DNA from: a bacterium
GTDB lineage: Bacteria; Electryoneota; Electryoneia; Electryoneales; Electryoneaceae
Assembly (NCBI GenBank): GCA_963675295.2
Contig: CAXXKJ010000002.1
Span: 1,952,001 to 2,016,000 of the forward strand
DNA length: 64,000 bases
Reading direction: 5' to 3'
In this document: positions 8,728 through 18,297 of the stretch, in pieces
Numbering within the stretch: the first letter of the stretch is position 1
Layout of the letters: every line of letters begins with the position of its first letter
The notes under the pieces: generated by a model
Seen by the model: only the letters and a program-made list of their open reading frames with translations
What the model was told of the DNA's origin: nothing
The model's database searches: none
Translations under genes and position numbers: made by a program

Positions 8728-10410
8728 TTATTCCATCGGCATCATGCGTCTGTCGTCATGGCTGCGTTGCAAGCTGTCCGGGGGTGTGTTCGTATCGTCC
8801 GGCAGCACGGGTTCAGCGAGCAATGTGTGCTTCTGCGGCCGGTTGGTTTGCGGCGTGTTCATGTCCACCGGCCCGAACTCACTCGGTTCCAGGCTGTCCA
8901 GCCAGATGGTGATCGAGCCAAGGAAGATCTTGAACTTCGCTTTCGCCGGCAGTGCCTGATGGTTCTTGGTGTACCAGCCGGTGAACTCGCCGGTCAGCCC
9001 CGCGATGGCAGTGTACGGCATCTGGCCGTGCAGCTTCACCACCGGCATCTCCTCACCAAGGAACTCCATCGTTCCGTCGGGACCGTCGTATTCGATGATC
9101 GTGTTCTCGTAGGTGTGGTCAATGGAGACGTTGCATTCGCCGCTGCGTCCGGCCATCACCAGTTGCTGGGTGTACCACATCTGGCTGGTGGCGTCGAACA
9201 GGCTTGGCGGAGCGGGCAGTTTATCATACCACCAGTAGCCGCTCGGTTCCCAGACCCGGATTTCGCTGATGCCACGGTCGTAATCGTTCTCGAGCGTTTT
9301 GCGTGACTTCAGCTCCGACTCATGGTAGATCATGTCGAGCCGGCGCGTGAAACGGAGATCCTTGTCAATCCACGCGTAAAAAGTGTCTTCAATCGCGACG
9401 AACGGTACGCTGGCGCGGGCGGTGTAACGTCCAATCCAGCACGGCTCGCCCTTGTAGGATCCCTCCGCCATTTCGCCTGTCACATAACCAAGCCCGATGA
9501 CACCATACTTGGCGTGCCACGTCAACCGTTGGCCGACCGACATCGATTCGGACGGATCGATATACGGCTGCCCGCCTTCATAGCCGTCGTGCACGTAAAT
9601 CCCGTCCGCGCTGTAACGTCCACCGGGATCAATCTCGCGCAGCAGAGCGGCGACTTCGCTGGCGTACTCGGACTTCGGATATTCCGCGAGGTAGAGGGTG
9701 CCAATCTCCACCGCCCTGGCGTTTTCGCGGCGGTTGACCAATAGCTGCAACCGTTCCCGCAGCACCGGCTCGAACAGGAAATCGGCTTCTGCATCCAACA
9801 GCACCCGCGCCGCCTTGTCGGCGTCCTCGTACCCTCCCCGGTCGAGATACACTCGCGCCAGCTCGACATAGGCCTCGCCGTCCGAACGGTCACGATTGAT
9901 GAGAGAGCTGAGCAGGTTTTCCGCTTCGTCCAGTTTTCCCTGCAGGCGCAGGCACTTTGCGAGCTCAATCTGCGACTCGCCAAACTTGTCGTCGAGGCTC
10001 ACCGCCTCACGCAGGATGTGTTCCGCACGTTCAAGGCTGTCGCGCGCCATCAGCGCCGTGCCTAGCGCAAGCGTGGTGAATTGGGACTCGGGCTCATATT
10101 CGTACGCGAGGCGCAGATATTCGATGCCATCGCCGAGACCGAGCAGACGGTGCAACAGCGCGAAATTCTGCAGTTGCGCGGCGGACACGGAGTTGGTCTC
10201 GTTTAAGTAGGCCGCGAGTTCGTCGTACGCTAGCGCGTATTGCCCGTCGAGGTACAGCCTGTCGATCTCATTGACCGGCAGCGACTGGTCCATCGAGGGG
10301 ACGATGTGCTTGAACTCCGGCTGCGCCCATGTGATCGTGGAGAACAAAGTCAGCAGCAGGAGACTGGACAGAAGTATCTGAAAACGTCGGAAAGTCATCG
10401 TTTCAACCAA
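8728..10410 (-). CDS. Secreted TPR-repeat protein with a C-terminal DUF3108-like domain
   Basis: Signal peptide, TPR-like helices, then GQRLTW..KYGVIGLG...G.FTGWY...LPAKAKFKIFLGSI pattern; start overlaps the dctM stop. Confidence 0.7.
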   Translation of the reverse strand: MVETMTFRRFQILLSSLLLLTLFSTITWAQPEFKHIVPSMDQSLPVNEIDRLYLDGQYALAYDELAAYLNETNSVSAAQLQNFALLHRLLGLGDGIEYLRLAYEYEPESQFTTLALGTALMARDSLERAEHILREAVSLDDKFGESQIELAKCLRLQGKLDEAENLLSSLINRDRSDGEAYVELARVYLDRGGYEDADKAARVLLDAEADFLFEPVLRERLQLLVNRRENARAVEIGTLYLAEYPKSEYASEVAALLREIDPGGRYSADGIYVHDGYEGGQPYIDPSESMSVGQRLTWHAKYGVIGLGYVTGEMAEGSYKGEPCWIGRYTARASVPFVAIEDTFYAWIDKDLRFTRRLDMIYHESELKSRKTLENDYDRGISEIRVWEPSGYWWYDKLPAPPSLFDATSQMWYTQQLVMAGRSGECNVSIDHTYENTIIEYDGPDGTMEFLGEEMPVVKLHGQMPYTAIAGLTGEFTGWYTKNHQALPAKAKFKIFLGSITIWLDSLEPSEFGPVDMNTPQTNRPQKHTLLAEPVLPDDTNTPPDSLQRSHDDRRMMPME

Positions 10411-11677
10411 GGAATAGCCGTACGAGCAGCAGTGACAGGTCTTCCCAGTACGTGATCACTAGCAGCACCACTAGCATGATGCCGATAAAGGGCAGGGTGG
10501 ATCGGTACAGGGTCAGCACCGGTTTCCGGAAACGGAAACTGGAGATGAACAGGTTCAGTCCGACCGGGGGAGTGGAATACCCGATCTCGAGGTTGGTCAG
10601 GAAAATGATCCCGAGGTGAATGGGGTTGACACCGAATTCCTGCGCGACCGGGAGGATCAGCGGCACCACGACGATAATCGCGGAGAAGATGTCCATTAAC
10701 GCGCCGACGATCAGCAGGAAGATATTCAACGCGATCAGGAACGCCCATTTTGAACTGATCGCGCCACGGATGAAGTCGAAGATTGCGGTCGGAACCTCGG
10801 CGTCGATGAGGTAATTCGTCAACCCGAGCGCCGACCCGAGAATGATCAGAATCCCGCCGACCAGCACCATCGACTCGCGTGCGATCAGCGGCAGTTCTTT
10901 CGTGATATGAATGTCGCGGTGGATCAGCACCTCGACGATGAACAGGTAAAACGCCGTCACCGCCGCCGCTTCCGTCGCGGTGAAGGTGCCGGTGTAAATC
11001 CCTGCGATGATCACGATCGGCAACGGCAATTCCCACGCCGCTTCCTTCACCGCGAGCAACGCTTCCTTGACACGGAATGGCTGCGTCGGGATACGGTTCT
11101 TCTTCGCCGTGATCCCGCTGTACAGGCTCAGCGCGATAATCAGCAGCATGCCCGGCAGAATGCCCGCCATGAACAACTGGTCGACCGAGATCGAGGCGAA
11201 CATGGCGTACAGAATGATCGGCAGGCTCGGCGGGAACAGCAGCCCGAGACTGCCGGAACTGGTGAGCAACCCGAGGCTGAACCGTTCCGGGTAGCCTTCC
11301 CGCATCAGCACGGGGAAGAGCAGACCGCCGAGCGCGACGATGGTCACGCCGGACGCGCCGGTGAACGCGGTGAAGAAGCTGCAGACCAGCAACGCTACCA
11401 CCGCAACTCCACCCGGCAACCAGCCGAACAGGGCGTGACTCACCCGGACAAGCCGCTTCGGCGCGCCCGATTCCGCCAGCAGGTAGCCGGCGAACGTGAA
11501 CAATGGGATGGCCAACAGGGTCGGCTGCGAGGTCATGCGATACATCTCGATGATGACCACAACCGGGTCGAGGCCGGCGAACGCGAACGCCACAATCGCA
11601 ATACCCGCCAGCACCGCGAACAACGGCGCGCCAGCCAACGCAAGCAGCAGACAACCGAGGATCAGCAGCGTGCTCAT
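10403..11677 (-). CDS. dctM: TRAP transporter large permease
   Basis: AIPLFTFAG, GSLGLLFPPS and TPPVGLNLF motifs; highly hydrophobic. Confidence 0.95.
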   Translation of the reverse strand: MSTLLILGCLLLALAGAPLFAVLAGIAIVAFAFAGLDPVVVIIEMYRMTSQPTLLAIPLFTFAGYLLAESGAPKRLVRVSHALFGWLPGGVAVVALLVCSFFTAFTGASGVTIVALGGLLFPVLMREGYPERFSLGLLTSSGSLGLLFPPSLPIILYAMFASISVDQLFMAGILPGMLLIIALSLYSGITAKKNRIPTQPFRVKEALLAVKEAAWELPLPIVIIAGIYTGTFTATEAAAVTAFYLFIVEVLIHRDIHITKELPLIARESMVLVGGILIILGSALGLTNYLIDAEVPTAIFDFIRGAISSKWAFLIALNIFLLIVGALMDIFSAIIVVVPLILPVAQEFGVNPIHLGIIFLTNLEIGYSTPPVGLNLFISSFRFRKPVLTLYRSTLPFIGIMLVVLLVITYWEDLSLLLVRLFLG

Positions 11678-12210
11678 TGGCTGTCCTCGGTTTTGATTGA
11701 TTCTGGGACGGCGGGATCCTCGCCCTGCTCAAACGTGTTCGTGCGGCCGAGCAACAGGTTCAGCAACACCTGCAGCGCGATCAGCACAAAGCCGATTGGG
11801 ATCACGGTCTGGAACGGCCACGCCTGCATGCCGGCAAACAGTTCCGACCCGAATTCACGTTCTGATTGGAAGAAAATCCAGGATGCGTGGGCGAGAATGA
11901 GCGAGATGACGATGGTGAACAGGCCGCCGGTCCAGGCGAGGATCAGACGGATTACCGGTCCGGAAATGCGGCTTAAAACGTCGATTGCGATCTGACGGCC
12001 CTGCCGGGCGGCGATCACCGCGCCGAACATGCCGACGGCGAGGACGGCGTGCTGCAAGACGACTTCCGCCCACGGGATGCCTTCCCCGATTACGTTACGC
12101 AGAACCACTTGGGTGAACGACAGGATGACCATGAAGGCGAGCAGCAAAACGACCACCGCCGACACAGCGATGGACAGTCCCCGGTCAATGCCCCCCAGCA
12201 CTTTCCGCAC
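11674..12210 (-). CDS. dctQ: TRAP transporter small permease
   Basis: Four TM segments; QVVLRN...WAE and IAID motifs; located between dctP and dctM. Confidence 0.9.
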   Translation of the reverse strand: MRKVLGGIDRGLSIAVSAVVVLLLAFMVILSFTQVVLRNVIGEGIPWAEVVLQHAVLAVGMFGAVIAARQGRQIAIDVLSRISGPVIRLILAWTGGLFTIVISLILAHASWIFFQSEREFGSELFAGMQAWPFQTVIPIGFVLIALQVLLNLLLGRTNTFEQGEDPAVPESIKTEDSQ

Positions 12211-12240
12211 GTGCTCTCTCCCTGTCCTGAATTCCCCTGA

Positions 12241-13272
12241 TCAGCCCGCGGGTTGCGGGGCGACATCGTTCCGGTACGTATCGAGCGTTTGCTTGATTTG
12301 TGTGAGCAAGTCCTGGGAATAGAGCTTGCCCGCGAGGTTGTTTCGCACATCGAGGCCGATCTGCCGGTACTGCTGCATCACCGAATCATCCGGCGGCGGA
12401 ATCATGGTCAGGCCCGCCTCTTCCAGCTGCTTAATGCTCTTCTCGTTGTCTTCGCGCGTGATGTTAGTCAATTCACGTAGCTGTTCACGGCTGATCGAGA
12501 GCAACGCGTTCTGTTCTTCCTCGCTCAGCTTGTCCCAGACCCGCTTGGACAAAAGCACCGCGCCCATCGAGTTGGTCAACGGCATCGTGTTCATGTACTT
12601 CGTGCGGGTAAACCACTGCATGCTGACGGCAGCCATCGGGGCGGTGTAGACAGCGTCGATCATGCCGGTCTGCAGCGCGGTCATCACCTCGGTGACGGAC
12701 AGTGGAACCGGGGTGATGTTCATCGCGTCAAACAACGCCGCCGCGAGCGGATCACCCTGCCACGTCCACACCTTGATCCCCTTCAGATCGTCCATGTTGC
12801 GGATCGGCGTGTTCGAGAAGAAATACACGTAGCCCACCTCGGTCCAGCCGAGCAGGACATAGCCCTTGTCACGAAACGCCTGATCAAACCGGTCGGTGTA
12901 GGTGTCGAGCACGAGATCGACTTCGTCCTTGCTGTTGAAGAAGAACGGCAGCTCGAGGATGCGCACTTCCGGCAGGATTTCACCGAGACCGTTGCCGGTG
13001 AAGCCGGCGGCGTGGATCTGGTTGAACCGCATTTTCCGCAGCACGTCGGGTTCGTCACCCTGCACTCCGCCCGGATACAGCTTGAAGCCGACCTTGCCGT
13101 TGGTCGCGGTGCGGACGTCTTCATCGAGCTGATGCATTTGCGCCATCCACGCCGTGCCTTCCGGCGCGATGCTGGCGAATTTGATCTCGTGTTCGGGTTT
13201 ATCGGCGAACGCGGTGAACGCGCCGGTGAGCACAACAGTTATAGTGAAGATCAGGACACGGTTCAGGTGCAT
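12241..13272 (-). CDS. dctP: TRAP substrate-binding protein (TatP-type DctP)
   Basis: Signal peptide; IKFASIAPEGTAW, YPGGVQGDE and ALQTGMIDA motifs. Confidence 0.92.
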   Translation of the reverse strand: MHLNRVLIFTITVVLTGAFTAFADKPEHEIKFASIAPEGTAWMAQMHQLDEDVRTATNGKVGFKLYPGGVQGDEPDVLRKMRFNQIHAAGFTGNGLGEILPEVRILELPFFFNSKDEVDLVLDTYTDRFDQAFRDKGYVLLGWTEVGYVYFFSNTPIRNMDDLKGIKVWTWQGDPLAAALFDAMNITPVPLSVTEVMTALQTGMIDAVYTAPMAAVSMQWFTRTKYMNTMPLTNSMGAVLLSKRVWDKLSEEEQNALLSISREQLRELTNITREDNEKSIKQLEEAGLTMIPPPDDSVMQQYRQIGLDVRNNLAGKLYSQDLLTQIKQTLDTYRNDVAPQPAG

Positions 13273-13407
13273 CGGACCCTCTTGCTTCTCCCAGGTAGAG
13301 CGTGGGGACGGAGTTAAGTATGGACTGGTAGTGTACGCGTTCCCGCGCTGCACTGTTCACGGCGAAAGTCGGGGGTTGGTTTCAACCGGAGCGAGACAGG
13401 GTTGGGT

Positions 13408-14307
13408 TTAGAGGTACTCCTCCAGATGCGCAAGCAAATGTTTTGCCTTGGCTTGAGCAACACGATTAAGCAGAAATGTGTTCTCCGGCGCGGACTCAAT
13501 CTCGAAGTCGAGAATCATCTGCAACGTCGACCGTGCCGACTCTTCATCGAGCTGCTTCAGGTAGACGAATTCGACCATGAACAGCGGGCCGAGCAGGATG
13601 TTGCCGTCGGTCAGGTCGATCTGTTCGTTGATGTGCTGCGTCGCGAGCTCCGGATTGCCCCCGAGCATGCGTGGCCGGGCGCCATAATATCCGCCGAAGA
13701 ACAGGTGCGCGAGGCCGTAATAGTAGCTCGGGTCGATCTCGAGCGTTCGCCGCATCAACGCTTCCGCGTACGGCAATTTCGCGACCAGCACGATGTCGTT
13801 GAGCCCATTGAGGATTTCCGAGCCCCACGCGTTCCCGAGCCAGAAGATGCCGGGCAACGAGTCCTCGTCCAGGTTCTCCACCGCGGTTTCGAACTCGTCC
13901 AGTGCCGCGATCGCCATCAGGTCGACACCCTCTTCCTCGATCAGCCAACGGTTCGCGTAGCCACGGGCGCGACCGTACAAGTCTCGAGCGGCGACCGGGT
14001 CTTCGTCCTCCACGAATGCCAGTGCATAGGCGGCGTAGCCCTGTGCGGCAAACAGCAGCATCGTGCTGTTGTGTGGATCGCTGCGCAACATGCCTTCGAT
14101 CAGCTTGAGGTTGGAGGCGAGCGCGGTCTGCGCGATCTCGAGGTTGGTTTCGGCCATCATCGCATCGAGGCCGCCTTCGAGGATCGGGTTCATCGTCGAA
14201 CGCACGATCGACCGTTGAATCCCGCAGCCGTTCAGCGACAGCAACAGGACCACGGTCAACGACAGCGTGATCAGACGATGCAACATGCGCCGCGATTTGC
14301 CCTTCAT
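13408..14307 (-). CDS. TRAP-associated TatT-family lipoprotein
   Basis: Lipobox LNGC; LKLIEGML..DP, AYALAFVE, LYGRARGY and PRMLGGNPE motifs; directly upstream of dctP. Confidence 0.85.
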   Translation of the reverse strand: MKGKSRRMLHRLITLSLTVVLLLSLNGCGIQRSIVRSTMNPILEGGLDAMMAETNLEIAQTALASNLKLIEGMLRSDPHNSTMLLFAAQGYAAYALAFVEDEDPVAARDLYGRARGYANRWLIEEEGVDLMAIAALDEFETAVENLDEDSLPGIFWLGNAWGSEILNGLNDIVLVAKLPYAEALMRRTLEIDPSYYYGLAHLFFGGYYGARPRMLGGNPELATQHINEQIDLTDGNILLGPLFMVEFVYLKQLDEESARSTLQMILDFEIESAPENTFLLNRVAQAKAKHLLAHLEEYL

Positions 14308-14355
14308 GGTTCCAGCCTCACCCAATCCCAGACATGAATGCCTGGGGCATGGTTT

Positions 14356-14471
14356 CGGGGACACTTACTCCGTTGAGTGTCCCCGGAATGGTATTGTTAT
14401 GCAAACGCTTCACCTGGATCCCGGGATGAACGGAGCCGGGGACACTTTGGGGACAAAGTCTCCCCGGCTCC
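14356..14471. repeat. Two GGGGACAC-containing REP-like hairpins
   Basis: CGGGGACACT-N10-AGTGTCCCCG (14356-14385) and GGAGCCGGGGACACTTTG-GGGA-CAAAGTCTCCCCGGCTCC (14432-14471); GGGGACACTT recurs at 30507. Confidence 0.6.
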
Positions 14472-14476
14472 CGAGT

Positions 14477-14497
14477 CCAGAGCCCAGAGCCCAGAGC
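14477..14497. repeat. Heptamer tandem repeat (CCAGAGC)x3
   Basis: Read directly from the sequence. Confidence 0.85.
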
Positions 14498-14504
14498 CTG
14501 ACCT

Positions 14505-16055
14505 TTACTCTCCGAACACGGTGCGTTTCCGTTCGGCGAACTCGTGCTTTCCGGTCGCCATGATGAACAGCGCGGGCATCACCTCACGCGCCTGCTGCAC
14601 CATCGTTCCGGCGAGCTGACGGATATCCCACTGCGCGTGGGCGTCCTCACGCAGACGGCTGACGTGATACAACTCGCGCGCGTTCGCCTTGAACACCACC
14701 CGCCGCCGGTGCGCGTTGCACAGCGCGTACGGCGCGGCGGCAGCCAGCGGTGATCCTTCACCGTCATGGGTCGCGATCTTCCACGCGAAGTCCGCGCTAC
14801 GTTCGAGGATCGCGTTGAACTCCTTGGTCATCCCGGCTTCGACGACCGTTTCCGGCATCGTCCAGCCCAGCGACGGATCATACGGGCCGAGGATCTGCGT
14901 GCTCATCCGGTGCCGTTTGAGCTGCCCGAACGCGGCGGCGGAAAGGATCAGCTCGAAGGTGAACTCCGCCAGTTCGAACTCACGCGGGGGCGGGTCCCAA
15001 GGTGCATTGGGCTTCAGCATCTCACGGTAGACCGCTTCCCGTTCTACCGGTGGCATGGTGCTGGCGCGGGAATGCGCCTCGGCCCACGAACAGCCGGTGT
15101 TGTGCAGCAGCAGCGACGCGAGGATCAGCGACTCGCCGTTCTCTGTGTAGTCGACCAACCGAACGGCCGGTTGATCGGAAACGGGTTCGATGCGTGTTTC
15201 CGGCCAGTAACAGCAACGGGAGAACTGTTGCTGCTCATAGTCGGTGGCTTCGGTGTACTTGACCAGGCTTGGGGCAAGACCCTGCACCTGCTCCAGCAAC
15301 TGTCGTCCCGCCTCACGAACTTCCTCGAGCGGATACGCGAGCGCGTCCCGGATCATCGTCTCGAGCGTGCGCGCGTTGACCGTCATCCCGAACTGCGCCT
15401 GGGTCGCCAGTGAGACGACGTAGCGCGCATCCTCAGCCGCCTTACCCCGCGCACGGGTTTTCGGCCGGCCTTCGCCATCGGCCTGAAACCGGGGGAGGTA
15501 GAGCTGGTACAAAGCGGCCTCAATAATCCAGTACGTCTTGTTCTGCTCCCGGATCAGCTCATCCAGTTCTGCGTCCAGCCCGGCCTGCTGGATTTCCGGT
15601 GCGATCACCGCGTCGCCGTCCAGCTTGATGTAACGTTGCGACTTCTCGGTGAACGAGGTCAGACGGTGGCGTTCGATCGCTTCCACGGCAAGCCGGCTGA
15701 TGCCGGTGACATCCATGTTGAACACGGCGTGTTCGGCGACGGAGCTGTGTCCCAACCCGAAAACGATGTTCTCATTGCTGCGGCGTGCCTTTTCAACCTC
15801 TACTCGAGCTTCGGCGCGTATCTCGCGGATGTCGGAGGGATTCCGGCTGATGCGTGCGTAGGCGGCGGACAGCGTTTCCGGCGTGATCGCCTCGCGCGGC
15901 GGAGCCTCGCCGCCTTCGTACGCGGCGTCTTCGAGCCCGCGCAGGGTTTCACGGTCGACGTTGAAGCCGGCCAGTTCGATGCGCAATGGGAGGGTTGGGT
16001 TCATGAACAAGAAGGTGCTGGTTGCCCCGGTCGGATAAGGTAATCGTTCAGACAC
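14505..16055 (-). CDS. thyX: FAD-dependent thymidylate synthase with two tandem ThyX domains
   Basis: GHSSVAEHA, RHRLTSFTEKSQRY, EDARY and NAR in domain 1; KRHRMST, NARELYH...R and AQWDIR in domain 2; alternative start at 16004. Confidence 0.88.
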   Translation of the reverse strand: MSERLPYPTGATSTFLFMNPTLPLRIELAGFNVDRETLRGLEDAAYEGGEAPPREAITPETLSAAYARISRNPSDIREIRAEARVEVEKARRSNENIVFGLGHSSVAEHAVFNMDVTGISRLAVEAIERHRLTSFTEKSQRYIKLDGDAVIAPEIQQAGLDAELDELIREQNKTYWIIEAALYQLYLPRFQADGEGRPKTRARGKAAEDARYVVSLATQAQFGMTVNARTLETMIRDALAYPLEEVREAGRQLLEQVQGLAPSLVKYTEATDYEQQQFSRCCYWPETRIEPVSDQPAVRLVDYTENGESLILASLLLHNTGCSWAEAHSRASTMPPVEREAVYREMLKPNAPWDPPPREFELAEFTFELILSAAAFGQLKRHRMSTQILGPYDPSLGWTMPETVVEAGMTKEFNAILERSADFAWKIATHDGEGSPLAAAAPYALCNAHRRRVVFKANARELYHVSRLREDAHAQWDIRQLAGTMVQQAREVMPALFIMATGKHEFAERKRTVFGE

Positions 16056-16146
16056 CGTGAGGCTGATCGGAGTCGGAGATGAGAGGGCACTCGGGGTGGT
16101 GAGATGGTGAGAGGGGGTGGAAGCTTGGCTCGGTAGATCGAGTGTG

Positions 16147-16170
16147 TCCCGACCAGCTAGCTGGTCGGGA
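16147..16170. repeat. Perfect 24-bp palindrome, REP-like (second copy at 39166-39188)
   Basis: TCCCGACCAGCTAGCTGGTCGGGA. Confidence 0.8.
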
Positions 16171-16267
16171 TGATCCGCAGGTAGCGATCCGAGGAACTAA
16201 CGCCTGATCCGCGTTGTCGAAGCCAACACGGGCAAGATGTTTTCGAGCCACAAGCCCTGAGCCCAAC

Positions 16268-17884
16268 CTACTCCGTCTCGAGAATTCTGCTGCGCAACCG
16301 CCGCATCGCTTCGCGCAGGGACGGGTCGAGCAGCACAATATCCCGCGCGCCGTGTTTCAGCCAGTGGGTGACACGTGCGTGTTCGACACCGCGCACGAGC
16401 ACAATCACGTGGCCACGGTTGCGTTGTGTCCATTCGGCGGCACGTGCGAGCAGCGCGTCGATCTCGACCTCGAAGCTGGAGGCGTCGAGCAGAATCCAGC
16501 GCGGCTTACGTTTGTCGAGCGCCGGGACCAATCCTTCGAGGCGTTTGAAGTGGGAGAAGCGGATGCCGTGTTCATGCAGGAACGCTAGCCCGAGCCTGTA
16601 GCGGATGCGTGCGTCCTGGGTGACGAGGAAGATGCCCTCGCCCTTGCCGAACGCGTCAGAGTTCATCGCCCAACGGACGCGCTCGAGGACATCTTCTTCC
16701 GGCAGGTCGCGAGCGATCAGGTCGAATGCGCCGTAGTCAACGTGGTCGAGCATCTCCGGCAGATCATCGTCGCGCTGTTCCGTGTCCGACGGGGGTTCGT
16801 TACCCGCGGAACCGAGCACGACGTCGCTCATCTCCCACGGTTGCCCGGTTTCCTCGCTGGTGATCCAGAGGCGTGGAAGCATCCGGTAGCGGCTGACAGA
16901 GCGCAGCAGGCGTTCGACGGTCACCGCCTTGGACCCCCAGAGGTCGGCGTCCGCGACGAACAGGTCGCACGGGTTTTCGCTGACCGTCGTAGACAGTTCT
17001 TCGAGGTCGGCTTCGTGAAGTTGGATCACGCGGCCGATTTGTTCGAGCATCTCCGCCCAGCCGTCGTCGTCGGAGAGCAGGATGATCGGGGGACGGTTGT
17101 CCTCGGGTTGACGTTTGCGGAAGCCGACGTCAGAGGTGACCGTCGAGGTGCGTTTCTGGCTCAGGCCGGCCTCGGTGCGCCAGATCTCCTCGATCGCGGC
17201 GGTGAGTTTCTGCCGGCCGTCAGAGTCGATCTTCTCGAGTTCGGCTTCGAACTCACCGTTGCGAGCGCGAGTGATGCGCAACCGAACCGGCAGCCCTTTG
17301 CCGTTCTTCTCCAGTTTGACCAAGGCCTGGGAAATGCCATACCCGTCCGGGCTATTGAATTCCTCGAGCTCGGCGTCAAAGAAGAAGCGGTTGATCGTCA
17401 TCCGTTTCGGTTTCACATCCCGCCACGACCCGTACCAGACAAACGACAGCGCCGCCGGGTGGTTGGAGGCGAGCACCGCGACATATTCCTTCCGCGACCG
17501 TTGCAGGTCCGCGATTTCGCGCAGCTCGACGCAATCATGCTCGTTGAACTCGACCCGTTCGCCGACCAACGCGCGGAATTCTGCGATTTCTTCCATGCCG
17601 GCGTCAAACGCGGACAGCGAACACTGCAGCGAAACGGTTTCCTCCCAGAACGCCGCCGCCGGTTTCGGCATCAACTGGTCCACGATCAGCAGCAGCTCAT
17701 CGTCCTCTTCGCGCACGTCCATCAGGCTGGTGACATAGCGATCCTCACCCGCTCGGGACAGGTCGATCCGTCCCTTGCGCGCCGGTTCGGAATTAAACCA
17801 GGCAAACTCGGGGGAGACGCTGCCGGTGGCGCGTTTCAGCAACCGGGTCAGGGATGCCTGCAGCTTGGATTTGTCGTTGTTCAT
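16268..17884 (-). CDS. Hypothetical signalling protein: YcgR/PilZ-like N-terminus plus two receiver-like domains
   Basis: LLIVDQLMP...LQRSRKEY resembles the YcgR-N/PilZ junction; IILLSDD...CDLFVADADL...GAFDLI and PRWILLD...GARDIV resemble receiver folds. Confidence 0.5.
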   Translation of the reverse strand: MNNDKSKLQASLTRLLKRATGSVSPEFAWFNSEPARKGRIDLSRAGEDRYVTSLMDVREEDDELLLIVDQLMPKPAAAFWEETVSLQCSLSAFDAGMEEIAEFRALVGERVEFNEHDCVELREIADLQRSRKEYVAVLASNHPAALSFVWYGSWRDVKPKRMTINRFFFDAELEEFNSPDGYGISQALVKLEKNGKGLPVRLRITRARNGEFEAELEKIDSDGRQKLTAAIEEIWRTEAGLSQKRTSTVTSDVGFRKRQPEDNRPPIILLSDDDGWAEMLEQIGRVIQLHEADLEELSTTVSENPCDLFVADADLWGSKAVTVERLLRSVSRYRMLPRLWITSEETGQPWEMSDVVLGSAGNEPPSDTEQRDDDLPEMLDHVDYGAFDLIARDLPEEDVLERVRWAMNSDAFGKGEGIFLVTQDARIRYRLGLAFLHEHGIRFSHFKRLEGLVPALDKRKPRWILLDASSFEVEIDALLARAAEWTQRNRGHVIVLVRGVEHARVTHWLKHGARDIVLLDPSLREAMRRLRSRILETE

Positions 17885-18014
17885 GATGCCCGCATGCGTT
17901 GAACGGTTCCGCAGCTGGAATATACGGCGGGTGTGGGGGATTGCGATGGCTGCACGTCAATGGAACCATGCCCGTGAGGGTTTCATGATCATCGATGAGG
18001 GTGTGCGGAGCGGG

Positions 18015-18200
18015 TCAGGCGGTCAGGTCGATGCTGCTCGGGCGTTCGGGGTCGGGGGGACGGTTGCGTGGTTCTTGGTCGAACCCGGGATGATCGTCGG
18101 GATCGCCCTTCTGTTTGCGTTTCTTGTTCTGCCGCTGCTGGGGCGGCTTGTCAAAACGCCGGTCGAATCGAATTGGAGGCAGGGAACCGTCCTTTTCCAT
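18015..18200 (-). CDS. Small charged hypothetical protein (61 aa) ending in IDLTA
   Basis: Fills the gap between batE and the next gene on the same strand; C-terminal ID-x-x-A ending is typical of small conserved peptides. Confidence 0.5.
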   Translation of the reverse strand: MEKDGSLPPIRFDRRFDKPPQQRQNKKRKQKGDPDDHPGFDQEPRNRPPDPERPSSIDLTA

Positions 18201-18297
18201 GGCAATTACCGGAGTTGTGGTTGAAGCTGCTACCGGCAAGCTACGCAGGGCGATGTAGTAAAACAAGAAGCGAGGCTAAGAATTTTGGATTCGTAGC

